A stretch of DNA of 64,000 nt from Minisyncoccota bacterium (GCA_031413715.1 JANOFO010000003.1:75047-139046), one strand, 5' to 3'. Positions 1 to 10,284 are shown, numbered from the stretch's first letter. Program-made: numbers and translations. The notes: a model not told the origin generated them from the sequence alone.

Positions 1-280
1 TTGTGTCTTTGGAGTAAGTATACAAAGTCATCTTATTTTTTCCGACCAAATAGTTACCAAGAGTGGCACTGGAACTGACGCTAATAAGCGGTATAACTCC
101 AGACCCAGGCTTTACAATATTTGGCTCTACATCCCCTGATGGTCCAGTTGCTTTTGTTCCTGTCTCTGTTGTAGGAGGCGTAGTTGTAACGACCGGCTCC
201 TTTTTCTTTGAAGACATCATGTACCAAATACCCAAGATAACGAGAATGACTACAATCCAAATCCAAGTTGATTTTGACAT
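1..280 (-). CDS. Partial CDS running off the window start. It has an N-terminal TM anchor, a Thr/Pro-rich linker and a COG4315-like secreted lipoprotein repeat (TLYTYSKD motif).
   Basis: Manual translation of the minus strand from ATG at 278-280 gives MSKSTWIWIVVILVILGIWYMMSSKKKEPVVTTTPPTTETGTK...LVGKNKMTLYTYSKDT with no stop before position 1. The six-frame track does not list it because it is incomplete. Confidence 0.45.
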   Translation of the reverse strand, partial: MSKSTWIWIVVILVILGIWYMMSSKKKEPVVTTTPPTTETGTKATGPSGDVEPNIVKPGSGVIPLISVSSSATLGNYLVGKNKMTLYTYSKDT

Positions 281-398
281 AATATTAATGAATCATGATC
301 TAACATGATTTAAATTAGGCTGATAATAACACTCTTGTATTATACCACTATTGGGTTTGACATGTGTATACCCATTAGAAATACTTAAAACAAAGTTG

Positions 399-1883
399 CT
401 ACTTATCAAGCTCTAATGTCTCGTCAATGCGAATCTGAGAGACAAATTCAGGTACGTGTGAGACGAGAATCATCGCACCCTGGTATTGATCAAGGGCTTT
501 GGCGATAACGGGTAAATGACGGAAGTTAATGTGATTCGTTGGTTCATCGAGAATAAGGAGTCCGGGCGCTTCTATTACAAGCCGAGCAAAAGCAACCAAT
601 CCCTTCTGCCCCTCAGATAGAGCGCCTATCTTGGTATGAACCATATCGCCTACTATCAAGAATCCTGCGGCGATAGCGCGGATCTTTTCTTCATCAACAC
701 GCCCTGTGATGGAGCGCGAGACATCTGCAAGAGATTCATAGACAGTATCACTAAAATTAAGCGTCGAGAAATCTTGACGATAATATCCTACGCGTACATC
801 TTTAGTGATAACAGCGCCTTCTGCAGTACCATTCGCAAGCGATTCTAAAAGCGTACTCTTGCCGATACCATTCGGACCAGAGAGTAATAGGTGTTTATTC
901 TTACGGAGTTTAATATTTACTTTTATTTTCTTCAGTTTGCCATTTTTGAAAATCGACAAAGAAGATATTGTCAGGATATCCCCTATCTGGTCAGGTTGAT
1001 TAGGAATCGTAAAAGGGCGAATCGTCTTGTCTTCTTTTCGGACATCTACTTTCTCTTCTTCTAATTCTTCTGCCAAGTCACGCATGCGCTTGGCTACCGC
1101 GCGCAAATTGCCTCCTTTCATCGCAAAAGCATTTGCTTGATCTTTCTTTGCTTGAATTTCCTTTGAGAGAAGAGCGTTCTTGCGATTCTCACGCTCCATA
1201 CGAGCGGCAATCTGATCACGCACATCAGTATAGTTTCCTACGTATTGTTCGATCTTTTTTGTATATACATCAAGATATAGCACCGCATCTGTAAAAGCAT
1301 TTAGAAAGTGCGCATCATGCGAAATGACGATGACTGTCTTCTTGTATTTGACAAGAAAATCAGTCAGGTGAGAAATCCCCGCTTTATCTAGATTGTTCGT
1401 CGGCTCATCTAAAAGTAAAATGTCTGGTTCTTGGATTAGAGCAGAGGCAAGTAAAAGACGCGCTTGCTGGCCACCAGAGAATGATTTGATTATCCTATCG
1501 TGAACTTGGACATGACCTTTCAGATTAACTATTTCTAGGACTTCGTCTATTTTCGGATCAATATCATAAACTTTCTTTTTGAAGCATTTCTCGAAGAATG
1601 CACGCACAGAAAGATCGAGTTCGTCGCGAGGTATAACTTGTCGCGAAAGAGCGATGGTTGTGCGTTGCGCAAGGTGTACTTGGCCATCTTCGGGCTGGTT
1701 TGCTCCAGTAATAAGTGAGAAGATCGTACTTTTGCCTGCACCATTCTGCCCCATGATTGTGACTTTCATCCCTCGGCGAATAGAAAAATCCACATTATCT
1801 AAAATGTGCTTGTTGTGCCCGTATTCAAATGAGACATGCTCAAAACGTATAACTACTTCTTTGTGTGAATTTGCATCTGCCAT
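399..1883 (-). CDS. ABC-F family ATPase with two tandem ABC cassettes and no TM domain
   Basis: Two Walker A motifs (GQNGAGKST, GPNGIGKST) and two ABC signatures (LSGGQQARLLLA, LSEGQKGLVAFARL) with a charged linker between them. Confidence 0.9.
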   Translation of the reverse strand: MADANSHKEVVIRFEHVSFEYGHNKHILDNVDFSIRRGMKVTIMGQNGAGKSTIFSLITGANQPEDGQVHLAQRTTIALSRQVIPRDELDLSVRAFFEKCFKKKVYDIDPKIDEVLEIVNLKGHVQVHDRIIKSFSGGQQARLLLASALIQEPDILLLDEPTNNLDKAGISHLTDFLVKYKKTVIVISHDAHFLNAFTDAVLYLDVYTKKIEQYVGNYTDVRDQIAARMERENRKNALLSKEIQAKKDQANAFAMKGGNLRAVAKRMRDLAEELEEEKVDVRKEDKTIRPFTIPNQPDQIGDILTISSLSIFKNGKLKKIKVNIKLRKNKHLLLSGPNGIGKSTLLESLANGTAEGAVITKDVRVGYYRQDFSTLNFSDTVYESLADVSRSITGRVDEEKIRAIAAGFLIVGDMVHTKIGALSEGQKGLVAFARLVIEAPGLLILDEPTNHINFRHLPVIAKALDQYQGAMILVSHVPEFVSQIRIDETLELDK

Positions 1884-1942
1884 ACAGACATCTACTTTAC
1901 CTTGTTTTTGCTTAAATGAAAAGGGTGAGTCAGAAAACTCTG

Positions 1943-2986
1943 TTAATCCCTCTCTAAAATTTTTGATTGTCTCTTATGCTTCTTCAAATCTTTTTCTTTC
2001 AATTTCATTTCTGTCTTCAAGTAAATAGCTGCTTCTTTAGCTGAACTTTCAGAGTCAAGTAGCGTCTTATACGCTTCACTTAAATCTTCACTTTGGTCTT
2101 CTTTATCGGCTTCGTCTAGATATCTCCTTGCTTGATCAAGTGTCTTATGAGCATTATCTATGACCGCTTGTTGTACTTTGTATTCACTGTTTTGTGTATG
2201 ATCTAGATCTATCGATGTCGAATTTATTATTGACTGGATGGCATCCTTTTTCTTTATATATGATCTAGCGCGATCTTCCGTAGTATCTTTACTATCAGCC
2301 CTTTTTTCTTTCTTGAATGTATTCCTGACTTTACTTCCTTTCGATCGAGCATTCTTTGAAATCTTGTTTTTTCCGGAATATTCCGGCATGTCTTTTGACG
2401 AATTGATAAGATCAAGAACTCCGGCATGTGCATTCATACCAGCTTCAAAATTTGTAACAATATCATCGACCTCATCGGCTGATGTGGTTTTATCAATTTT
2501 CTCGAGCGCTTTATCGAGGGAGAGCGTGTGCCGGTCTAATAGATCGTTTAGCTTCTTTTCTTTAGATTGATCCAACTTATTTTCTCTAGCTAGCGCCTGA
2601 GCTTCCACTAGGCGGCGAGTAGCGAGATTGCTTTCATACTCTGCTTTTGCTTTCGAAGAAAATGTGAGTGCAGCATGAATGGGCTCAATAACACTAACTT
2701 TGATCGGGTAAAGTGTATCACCAGGGAGACTTTCCTCTGAAGCAGAAACGATCCCCGTCCCCGAAAGAGCGATAATCAGAAAGAGTGCAATAATGTATGA
2801 AGCCCATCGATTCTTGCGTATTCCTAATACAAACACATACATGGCCCACGGACTTCTAATAGACTGTTTTGGCAAGACAGACGAAGTTATGTTTTCATAT
2901 ATGCGCTTTTTCTCAGCACTAGTCATCTTGATCATAGCAATCTCTTCCCATCCATTATTTAGTTTTGTATTTTTAATTTCATTCAT
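1943..2986 (-). CDS. Membrane-anchored coiled-coil protein, likely a partner or anti-sigma factor of the upstream ECF sigma (DUF5667-like)
   Basis: It has a single TM helix (YIIALFLIIALSGTGIV), a periplasmic PIKVSVIEP segment and a long charged coiled-coil. Its start overlaps the stop of the sigma gene by 4 nt, which suggests translational coupling. Confidence 0.5.
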   Translation of the reverse strand: MNEIKNTKLNNGWEEIAMIKMTSAEKKRIYENITSSVLPKQSIRSPWAMYVFVLGIRKNRWASYIIALFLIIALSGTGIVSASEESLPGDTLYPIKVSVIEPIHAALTFSSKAKAEYESNLATRRLVEAQALARENKLDQSKEKKLNDLLDRHTLSLDKALEKIDKTTSADEVDDIVTNFEAGMNAHAGVLDLINSSKDMPEYSGKNKISKNARSKGSKVRNTFKKEKRADSKDTTEDRARSYIKKKDAIQSIINSTSIDLDHTQNSEYKVQQAVIDNAHKTLDQARRYLDEADKEDQSEDLSEAYKTLLDSESSAKEAAIYLKTEMKLKEKDLKKHKRQSKILERD

Positions 2987-3534
2987 TTGGTTGATTCATT
3001 ATTATCATAACCTGTCCGTTTCCGTAGCTCCTCAAGTCCTCGATTGATTCGAACCGAAGCGGCATTGGCTGATATCCCCAATATGTCTCCTATCTCACCC
3101 GGTGACAGGCCTTCTACAAATCGTAGATACACTGGATTCCTATGTGTAGGTGCAAGCTCATCAAGTTTGCACAGAAGATATCTCCCTTCTGGTCCAAGGC
3201 TCATATTCTCGAGTGTTGTCTCATCGGGTGGATCGTAGGGTGCTTCTTCATCTTCATACAAGATATTGTCGAGAGGTATGCTTTTTTTCTTGCGATACCA
3301 GTCGATGATGCGTCGGCGAGCGATCGTAAAGAGAAATGCTCTTTCATTATCGATTTTGGTATTTTCTGCCAAAGTCTGCCAAAGGCGCAAAAATGTGTCT
3401 TGGGTAATATCGAGGGCTTGCTCCCGATCAGAAACTCTGATCAAGCAGAACCTGAAAATGGCATCTGATTCTTTTTCATATATTTCCTCAAATTCGTGGA
3501 TATGATCGGGTTTCATATTTAAGAGTCGTATCAA
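2983..3534 (-). CDS. ECF-type RNA polymerase sigma-70 factor
   Basis: Sigma-70 region 2 (ITQDTFLRLWQ) and a region 4 HTH (LSPGEIGDILGISANAASVRINRGLEELR). Confidence 0.85.
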   Translation of the reverse strand: MIRLLNMKPDHIHEFEEIYEKESDAIFRFCLIRVSDREQALDITQDTFLRLWQTLAENTKIDNERAFLFTIARRRIIDWYRKKKSIPLDNILYEDEEAPYDPPDETTLENMSLGPEGRYLLCKLDELAPTHRNPVYLRFVEGLSPGEIGDILGISANAASVRINRGLEELRKRTGYDNNESTK

Positions 3535-3702
3535 GCGCTTATTTCTTACAGCCTTCCTCTTAATTTAAAATACAACAAAATAGAATCCGTGTCCATGTAA
3601 GAATACCTAGTGCGAGTCGTCTACCCTTATGGAGGTCGCGTATTCGGGTCATAAGACTTGTAATATGAATTATCAGATGTAACTAGATAAAATAAAACAA
3701 AT

Positions 3703-4740
3703 ATGAAAAAGTTTAAACCATTATTAGTAAGTTCTCTTATTATAACCGCTCTTGTCCTTGCTCCATTTGTGAGTTACGCAAAGAACGATGATAAATACAG
3801 AAATAAAGAGAATAAGAGTGCACGTGCTGCAATAAATACAAAAGTAAAACCATCTATCTCGGGCATTACTGCTCCGACAGTCTTAAAAGTTGGAGAGATG
3901 GGGACCTGGACAGTCAATGCTTCGGATCCGCAAAATGGGTCATTGAGCTATGCTGTTAATTGGGGAGACGCTAAAGATTCACTATTCTCAAAGATGGCAC
4001 AGCCGGAGATATTCGTTCAGTCATCAACATTTACTCATGCATACGCGAGTGCTGGTAAATATAAAGTAATGTTTCGAGTGAGTAACAGTGCCGGTCTTGA
4101 TACCACATCAAGCGTAACCGTCCATGTTACAGGATCCCAAGCGAATGCGCCTATTATCAGCAATGTGACGGCTACGTCAACCAAATGGCATCAAGCTACG
4201 ATACACTGGACAACCGATGTCCGCGCCTCAAGCCTCGTTTGGTACAGCAAGACATCTCCAGTTAATACAACAGTCCGACCAAGAGTATACCGTACTGCGA
4301 AAGTTTTTGATCACAAGATCAACTTGAACAAACTACAACCAAACACGACATATTATGTCGTAGTCGGATCTGGGAATGGTGTTCGGACACTCGGAACTGA
4401 AATTTCATTCACAACTCCCGCGAAAGATGCCATCGCGAGTACTCCGGTCATCACAAGTCTTTCCGGCCCTACTACAATAGCTGTCGGACAGACGGAGACA
4501 GTGACAATCAATGCATATGACCCACAGAATGAATCTATATCGTATTCCGCCGATTGGGGCGATAGTGCATCAGTGATATCAATTTCACGTTCATCGAACC
4601 CTGTATTCGTGCAAACTGCCACATTCGAGCATGTCTATAGCACGCCTGGAACATACACTGCTACATTTACCGCAAAAAACAGTTCAGGTAAGAGTACATC
4701 TTCATCAATGAAGATCACCGTAACGGCAACCACTCTTTAA
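3703..4740 (+). CDS. Secreted protein with two PKD domains flanking a fibronectin-III-like domain
   Basis: Signal peptide present. The PKD-like blocks are VNWGDA...FTHAYASAGKYKV and ADWGDS...FEHVYSTPGTYTATF. The Fn3-like block is ISNVTATSTKWHQATIHWTTD. Confidence 0.7.
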   Translation: MKKFKPLLVSSLIITALVLAPFVSYAKNDDKYRNKENKSARAAINTKVKPSISGITAPTVLKVGEMGTWTVNASDPQNGSLSYAVNWGDAKDSLFSKMAQPEIFVQSSTFTHAYASAGKYKVMFRVSNSAGLDTTSSVTVHVTGSQANAPIISNVTATSTKWHQATIHWTTDVRASSLVWYSKTSPVNTTVRPRVYRTAKVFDHKINLNKLQPNTTYYVVVGSGNGVRTLGTEISFTTPAKDAIASTPVITSLSGPTTIAVGQTETVTINAYDPQNESISYSADWGDSASVISISRSSNPVFVQTATFEHVYSTPGTYTATFTAKNSSGKSTSSSMKITVTATTL

Positions 4741-4861
4741 GGACTTTCAGCAAGCACTCTCTTCACTTTGTCATAGTATCTGCTAATAGTTCAAACAACG
4801 TGAGAATCTCAAATGAATTGATATTTGCCACAACATTCTAGACAGGAATGAAATAAAAAAT

Positions 4862-4901
4862 AAATCACCCGCCACTGAAAGGTGGCGGGTGATTTATTTT
4901 T
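4862..4901. terminator. Bidirectional rho-independent terminator between convergent genes
   Basis: Perfect hairpin aaatcacccgccac-tgaaag-gtggcgggtgattt followed by a T-run. Confidence 0.75.
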
Positions 4902-5942
4902 CTAAGAGAGAACTACTCTGTTTTCCTCCGTATCTTCCAAAAGTATAACCGCTTCTTTCTTATATATCATCTGTGTAAATTGCTCGATATCATGATTCTG
5001 TATTGCTTCGATAAACTTTTGATTAAGCGTGAGTCCACCAACTCCTGATTCTGGATATTCTATTGCATTATTCGGCCAAGGCAAGATCGGCTTTTTGCTT
5101 TCATCTTTTGAATCAAAGATTGATTGATAATACTCATGAGAATTTTTCAAATATCGATATCGTATGAAAAGATCCTCGGGATTTATCTTTGTAAACAAAT
5201 GGAAGAGGAACTGTAATTGAAAATCATATCGATGCTGATGATCTCGAGTATGCGTCTGTTCATCTTTGTGATCACGATTTTCCCAGCGCTTCAGCGTATC
5301 GAAGATTTTCTCCGAGATCAGCTCATTCGGAGTAAACTGCAATTCTTTATACGCTTCGGGTGCTAGGGTAACCTGTTCGATAAATTTGACCGAACCGTCT
5401 TCTTGAGCTATCACATTATGCCCCTTCCAAAATACCGCATCCTTGAGATATACATCGTTGCTCGCCAAAGTGTAGAGGGCGAGAGCGGATTCTTTGGCAT
5501 ATGCAGCTCTGAATGAATCATCTTTCAACTTCTCATCCATGCCAAGTTCGATGCCGTGAAGACGCTCCATGATCACCCACCCATCTTCTACGCCATACAA
5601 AAGAGGCAGATATTTTTTAATGACAGGTTTTTTCTCAACAGCTTTTTTATAATCTTCCGCATCCGACGGCTCATTTCTGAGGACACATTCGAATTTTTGA
5701 CCGTCTTTTTCCAGATCCAAAAAATATACCCGAGCATGCTTGCCCAGCCGTTCAGATGGATTCGAGAGCTTTATGCCATTTTCATCTATAAACACATGAT
5801 TTGTAGGTCCACGGGGAAAATCTTCAGGTTTGCCATTTATCTTCTGTATGACAGACCGGATATCTTCTTCAAAAAGCTCAAAAAGCTTTCTCTTTGATTC
5901 TTGTTCTGATCCGGGTAATGCGTTTACTTCGAAATTTTTCAT
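4902..5942 (-). CDS. Hypothetical protein. A kinase-like fold is only a weak guess.
   Basis: Long ORF with clean coding statistics. No motif I can name with confidence. Confidence 0.5.
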   Translation of the reverse strand: MKNFEVNALPGSEQESKRKLFELFEEDIRSVIQKINGKPEDFPRGPTNHVFIDENGIKLSNPSERLGKHARVYFLDLEKDGQKFECVLRNEPSDAEDYKKAVEKKPVIKKYLPLLYGVEDGWVIMERLHGIELGMDEKLKDDSFRAAYAKESALALYTLASNDVYLKDAVFWKGHNVIAQEDGSVKFIEQVTLAPEAYKELQFTPNELISEKIFDTLKRWENRDHKDEQTHTRDHQHRYDFQLQFLFHLFTKINPEDLFIRYRYLKNSHEYYQSIFDSKDESKKPILPWPNNAIEYPESGVGGLTLNQKFIEAIQNHDIEQFTQMIYKKEAVILLEDTEENRVVLS

Positions 5943-5984
5943 ACAATTTTATTTTTAATAATAAATATGCATAGATTGATTATA

Positions 5985-6740
5985 TCAAATTGTTAAAAAC
6001 CCTTGGATTTTCGAAAGTGGCAATGGAAATGCGACGGCCCCCAAAACCCCCGGTCCGATTTCATACTTATCAAAGTATAGAATAAGATTGCGATCATTGT
6101 ATGACCAATTCCTAAATGATGAAAATGTAAGAGTATTGACGTCTTCTGGAAAGACAGCAATTTCTGTACTTCCTTCGGGACGCCATTCATTCAGTTCTTT
6201 TTTAACAAGCGCAGTGAATGCTTCTTGTTTTGATGGAATAATGACATTACCAAGAGACAAGAGCTTCCCTGTCGCACGCGAAGCGGTAAAAACCTTAAAT
6301 GAACTACTACCGTTTGCTCCACCAGTATAGACATATTGGTCTATGATAATCGATTCAGTTTTCTGGCCTCTTACATATTTAGCATTAAGCTCAATCTCGT
6401 AATTTGCTGAAGGGCTGTCTGCGCCAAACTCAGAGCGCATCGGTGGCACTTCGGCATCAGCAGATTGTTTAAATAATTCTATGGTTTCATTTATATACAT
6501 CCGAGCCGCATCAGCCATCGCTCCCGAACCTAGGATAACGGCTTTGCTGCCTGTAAAATTAACTTCTTTAATATTATTTTTTGTAATGGTAATAGGTGTT
6601 AGGGTATTTGGGGTTTGCCCTTTTGGATCGGTATCGACGGAAGATTGAGGTTTTTTAATAAAAATGACACCAAGAACAATAATCACAAGTCCAATAAGGA
6701 CTATAAGGGTTTCAGATTTTTGTTTTCTTTTTTTCGCCAT
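5985..6740 (-). CDS. Membrane-anchored DUF3298/DUF4163-like protein (RsiV/PdaC-N-like fold)
   Basis: N-terminal TM helix. The C-terminal block is TFSSFRNWSYNDRNLILYFDKYEIGPGVLG. Confidence 0.45.
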   Translation of the reverse strand: MAKKRKQKSETLIVLIGLVIIVLGVIFIKKPQSSVDTDPKGQTPNTLTPITITKNNIKEVNFTGSKAVILGSGAMADAARMYINETIELFKQSADAEVPPMRSEFGADSPSANYEIELNAKYVRGQKTESIIIDQYVYTGGANGSSSFKVFTASRATGKLLSLGNVIIPSKQEAFTALVKKELNEWRPEGSTEIAVFPEDVNTLTFSSFRNWSYNDRNLILYFDKYEIGPGVLGAVAFPLPLSKIQGFLTI

Positions 6741-6847
6741 ACAGAAAGTATATCAGATTAAAGGGCTACATGCTTGTCGTGTCATATCCAAGTTCTTTGG
6801 CGCGACTGATTTGAGAGATTCAGAAAAAATATCCAATAGTCACAGTG

Positions 6848-7093
6848 TTACTTTTTTATGAGTTCAATTTTCTGCATTCTTGTTAATCTTTTTAATTCTC
6901 CTTCTCTTTTTCTCATGTGGGCAAAAGTTTTGTACTTCTTGGAGTATTTTAGAGTGACTGGTCGTCTGATCTTTGTATAATGTGCACCGGATTTATAGTT
7001 GTTATGCTGATGTACTCTTTTTTCAAGGTCGTTGGTAGAGCCTACATAGAAAGTTTTATCGGCACACTCGAGAATATAGACATAAAACGGCAT
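6848..7093 (-). CDS. GIY-YIG nuclease family protein (UPF0213-like)
   Basis: FYVYILECADKTFYVGSTNDLEKRVHQHN is the GIY-YIG core. The true start is probably the internal Met at 7093, not the track start at 7162. Confidence 0.75.
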   Translation of the reverse strand: MPFYVYILECADKTFYVGSTNDLEKRVHQHNNYKSGAHYTKIRRPVTLKYSKKYKTFAHMRKREGELKRLTRMQKIELIKK

Positions 7094-7131
7094 ACATCCA
7101 TTATACCACCCATAAATGTTATACTGGAAAG

Positions 7132-7536
7132 GTGAATAAATGCCGTACTCGTATCCATACATGGCTCGAGCGCCACAACAGGGCGCGGGCGATAACCATT
7201 ATTATACTTTTAATGCTCTGTGTTGTTGAAGTGCGAGCGATCGCGATGGATTTTTACGAAACACATCAGATAAAAATATATGAACGTGAGTATCTCAAAG
7301 AACAAGCAAAACATCCTGGAAAAGTTATGACAATAGACGACATAAAATCTTGGATGACATTTTCGTATATTAACTTTGTGTTTAAGTTGCCGACAAACTA
7401 TCTATTACAGAAACTTTCTATTTTTGATTTCCGTTACCCTAACATTCATATCGAACGCTATGCCAAAATGCACAATCTAGACCAGGCAGAATTCCTTTTA
7501 CAAGTAAAACAGGCAGTGAGCGCGTACAAGTTGTAA
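7132..7536 (+). CDS. Hypothetical protein, possibly starting at the internal Met (MDFYETHQ...)
   Basis: ORF only. It overlaps the 5' end of the GIY-YIG ORF. Confidence 0.3.
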   Translation: MNKCRTRIHTWLERHNRARAITIIILLMLCVVEVRAIAMDFYETHQIKIYEREYLKEQAKHPGKVMTIDDIKSWMTFSYINFVFKLPTNYLLQKLSIFDFRYPNIHIERYAKMHNLDQAEFLLQVKQAVSAYKL

Positions 7537-7543
7537 CTCGATT

Positions 7544-8137
7544 ATGAATTTCTTCCTCGACATTGCGCTGCCATACATTCTTTTATACAAATATTGGGCA
7601 ATATTCGGCGTTACCTTGATAGCAGCGCTTGCGTGCCCCGTACCGCCCGGTACGCTTCTGATGGCATCTGCCGCGTTTGCAAGCCAAGGGTATTTCTCAC
7701 TCTTTTGGGTAATAATTGTCGGCAGCCTTGGCAACATAGTTGGTGACAATTTGGGTTACTTCCTCGCTAGACGTTACGGTCGAAAAATCCTCTATACAAT
7801 AGGTCTTCGTAAAGTACTTGAGTCTGAAAAGTACAAAAATATTGAAAAAAGGCTAGAGCGACGACCTGGATTCCTGATTTTCATCACACGATTCGAAGTC
7901 TTCGCTAATTTGGCGGTGAATCTGATGTGCGGATTAAGTAAAGTACCCTACAGAAAGTATCTGCCGTTTGAAATTGCTGGCGAAATAGCGCAAGTTACAC
8001 TCTATGCTTGCATTGGATATCTTGTCGGAGACAATTGGCACGTCATCAGTAATATCATCAGTAAGTCCTTATTGTTCCTAATCCTTCTAGCAGTGCTTAT
8101 TATTGCCATATTTTGGAAAAAGATTTGGAGAAAATAA
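7544..8137 (+). CDS. DedA/VTT-family membrane protein
   Basis: GDNLGYFLARRYGRKIL motif and multiple TM helices. Confidence 0.8.
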   Translation: MNFFLDIALPYILLYKYWAIFGVTLIAALACPVPPGTLLMASAAFASQGYFSLFWVIIVGSLGNIVGDNLGYFLARRYGRKILYTIGLRKVLESEKYKNIEKRLERRPGFLIFITRFEVFANLAVNLMCGLSKVPYRKYLPFEIAGEIAQVTLYACIGYLVGDNWHVISNIISKSLLFLILLAVLIIAIFWKKIWRK

Positions 8138-8186
8138 GTGAATAAAAATAAAATAATCCTATTTTTTCATCTTAAGAAAAGCTTGA

Positions 8187-8438
8187 TTAACGATGACTGC
8201 AACCAGCCCAGCAACAAGGACGGCGCATTCCGCCATTTAGCTTCGAGAGCGCCTTCTCGATTCGTATATTTCTAGTCTCTACTTTTTTGCCCGATGTAAT
8301 CCAGCAGATCCATTCATTGCGAGCAAGTGGGGTAATATCACCCCATACTGCTTGTGCTACCGTAGTAGAAGCAAGAGCTCTCCCAAAGTCTGCTGGCATT
8401 TTATGTACTACACCACTCGCAATTGCTTTATTGGTCAT
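8187..8438 (-). CDS. YdeI/OmpD-associated family protein (bacteriocin-protection domain)
   Basis: VWGDITPLARNEWICWITSGKKVETRNIRIEKA resembles the YdeI C-terminal domain. Confidence 0.45.
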   Translation of the reverse strand: MTNKAIASGVVHKMPADFGRALASTTVAQAVWGDITPLARNEWICWITSGKKVETRNIRIEKALSKLNGGMRRPCCWAGCSHR

Positions 8439-8548
8439 AAGATTATTAGATTAAAATGTATAGTCAATTGATAGTCGAAAGTCAATACCTCATAAGCTTT
8501 TCTAACGATTTTTATTATAGCATTTTGATGCTCCTCTGACAGGTTAAT

Positions 8549-9025
8549 TTAAGCCAAAACCTTTTCTGCTTTCCCTAAAGCAGTTGGAGCAAAAAGATTA
8601 ATAAAATAATGAGCGATAACTGCGATCCACAAAGTTCCCGTATATATAGTAACAATTGCCATGATTGGACCTAATACGACTGCAGTGCAAAGCATCTGCA
8701 CGGCAAGTTCTCGTTTCGAATAAACAAAGATATTCTTGAGATGCCAAAGACTGAACAATAACGAAGATATAATGATCGCGATGGGTATTGAATACAGAAT
8801 AAGCAAGGCAGACAAAATGAACCCTCGGAAAATAACTTCTTCATATATCGGACAGAAGAAAAAGAACATCGGAGATTGAAAACGCCCCCGTAGAGTTTTC
8901 CCTGTTTTCTTAGATTCCCTATACTGAAGAAAAACGGTCGCGGAAAATAATACACCGATAAGGAGTATTTGAAGTCCGGGACTTAAAAAGCCGACATTCT
9001 GTAAATTGAAAAATCCGTAATTCAT
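8549..9025 (-). CDS. CPBP-family intramembrane metalloprotease (CAAX protease / Abi)
   Basis: EEVIFRGF, SLWHL and HYFINL motifs. Confidence 0.8.
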   Translation of the reverse strand: MNYGFFNLQNVGFLSPGLQILLIGVLFSATVFLQYRESKKTGKTLRGRFQSPMFFFFCPIYEEVIFRGFILSALLILYSIPIAIIISSLLFSLWHLKNIFVYSKRELAVQMLCTAVVLGPIMAIVTIYTGTLWIAVIAHYFINLFAPTALGKAEKVLA

Positions 9026-9155
9026 ATAAATATAGTATACAATACTATCAGTCTTAATGATTCGTTAATCCAAGGCGACGGAGAATTCCGATTGCATCGT
9101 TGGATGCTCAAGATGCATAACTCTTCGAGCAGTCATCGTCTTTAACTAATTTAAA

Positions 9156-10007
9156 TTATTTAAGATTAGTTGGATCTCTTCGGACATGCAAATTTACATT
9201 CATAGTATTTAATGCATTCATATCTTCTTCATCAAGTTTAAAATCAAAAACATTGATATTTTCCTCTATGCGATCTTTATGAATAGATTTTGGTATTGGA
9301 ATAACTCCTTGTTCTATACTCCAACGAATTAATACTTGGGCTTTGCTCTTACCATATTTTTCAGCAATCTTATCTATTCCTTCATTCTTATGTTCCACAG
9401 CCTTAACATCAGCTATTGGGGCAAGTGGCGAGTGTGCTTCAACGACAATAGTATGTTCTTTGCAATACTCGACTAATTCTTTTTGATATAGGAATGGATG
9501 AAATTCAAATTGATTAACGCTTGGTTGAATTTGGGCATATTTTTTCATTTGTTCTAAATGAGTAATTGTATAGTTTGAAACACCAATAGCTTTCGCTTTA
9601 CCAGCTTTATATATTTCTTCCATAGCTTTCCACGTCTCTTCTCTTTTATCTAGACTTTCATTTAAATCTTCACTTGCCGTAGGCCAATGAATTAAATACA
9701 AATCTACATATGACAAACCTAATTTGTCCAAAGAAACATCTATTGCCTTAAGAGCATTTTCATAACCTTGGTCTGTATTCCATAGTTTAGTTGTTATAAA
9801 GATTTCTTCTCTTGGAATGCCAGAGTTTTTTATAGCTATACCAACGCCTTCTTCATTTTTATATATCATTGCAGCATCAATTAAACGATATCCTGCATCT
9901 AATGCCCACTTAATAGAATTTTCCACTTCTTCACCATCTTGTATTCTAAAGACACCAAATCCAATATTAGGGATTTTTATACCATTATTTAAAGTTATTT
10001 TATCCAT
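9156..10007 (-). CDS. Aldo/keto reductase
   Basis: IDAAMIYKNEEGVG, SNYTITHLEQ and VLIRWSIEQGVIPIPKS. Confidence 0.9.
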   Translation of the reverse strand: MDKITLNNGIKIPNIGFGVFRIQDGEEVENSIKWALDAGYRLIDAAMIYKNEEGVGIAIKNSGIPREEIFITTKLWNTDQGYENALKAIDVSLDKLGLSYVDLYLIHWPTASEDLNESLDKREETWKAMEEIYKAGKAKAIGVSNYTITHLEQMKKYAQIQPSVNQFEFHPFLYQKELVEYCKEHTIVVEAHSPLAPIADVKAVEHKNEGIDKIAEKYGKSKAQVLIRWSIEQGVIPIPKSIHKDRIEENINVFDFKLDEEDMNALNTMNVNLHVRRDPTNLK

Positions 10008-10140
10008 GTTTTGATTATACCAGTTGAATAACTAAAACTATAAGATTAGACTTTTAGAAAAATTCGAGCGTCCTAAGAGAGTAAATTTTTGAGAGCTAAG
10101 ATATCTCGTAAAATTAAGCTCTTGGGGCTAGCTCAAGCTG

Positions 10141-10261
10141 GCTGCCGACCAGGGAATTTCGATCCTTACAGGATCAGTATACCTTTTCCATTCACAAGTT
10201 CATATGGAAAAGGTTTTCGAATCCCTGACGCAAGACATATTGATGTCTTGCTATCGGCAGC
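10141..10261. ncRNA. Structured element, copy 1. An outer stem gctgccga/tcggcagc encloses three hairpins. The flank duplicates 15 nt of the tRNA-Gln 3' end.
   Basis: Hairpins gatcc-ttaca-ggatc, accttttccat-N12-atggaaaaggt and caagacat-attg-atgtcttg. About 85% identical to 40766-40884, with compensatory changes in the outer stem and the last hairpin. Confidence 0.5.
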
Positions 10262-10278
10262 TTTTGGCGAACAAAAGC
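10260..10278 (-). terminator. Hairpin immediately 3' of tRNA-Gln
   Basis: gcttttg-gcgaa-caaaagc followed by ttttgc. Confidence 0.4.
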
Positions 10279-10284
10279 TTTTGC

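Noticed and set aside
81-266. 61-aa minus-strand ORF in the track
   Set aside because: It lies in a different frame from the longer partial CDS (1-280, minus) that has TM, linker and COG4315 features, so it is probably spurious.
636-2028. Plus-strand ORFs 636-848, 805-999 and 1579-2028, plus minus-strand 1547-1744, overlapping the ABC-F gene
   Set aside because: They run antisense to or are nested within a well-supported 494-aa ABC-F CDS and have no motifs.
10141-10261. Interpreting the core element as a tRNA gene with an intron, or as a tRNA-like molecule
   Set aside because: No cloverleaf can be drawn on either strand. The TTCGAAT-like stretch is explained by the duplicated tRNA-Gln terminus.
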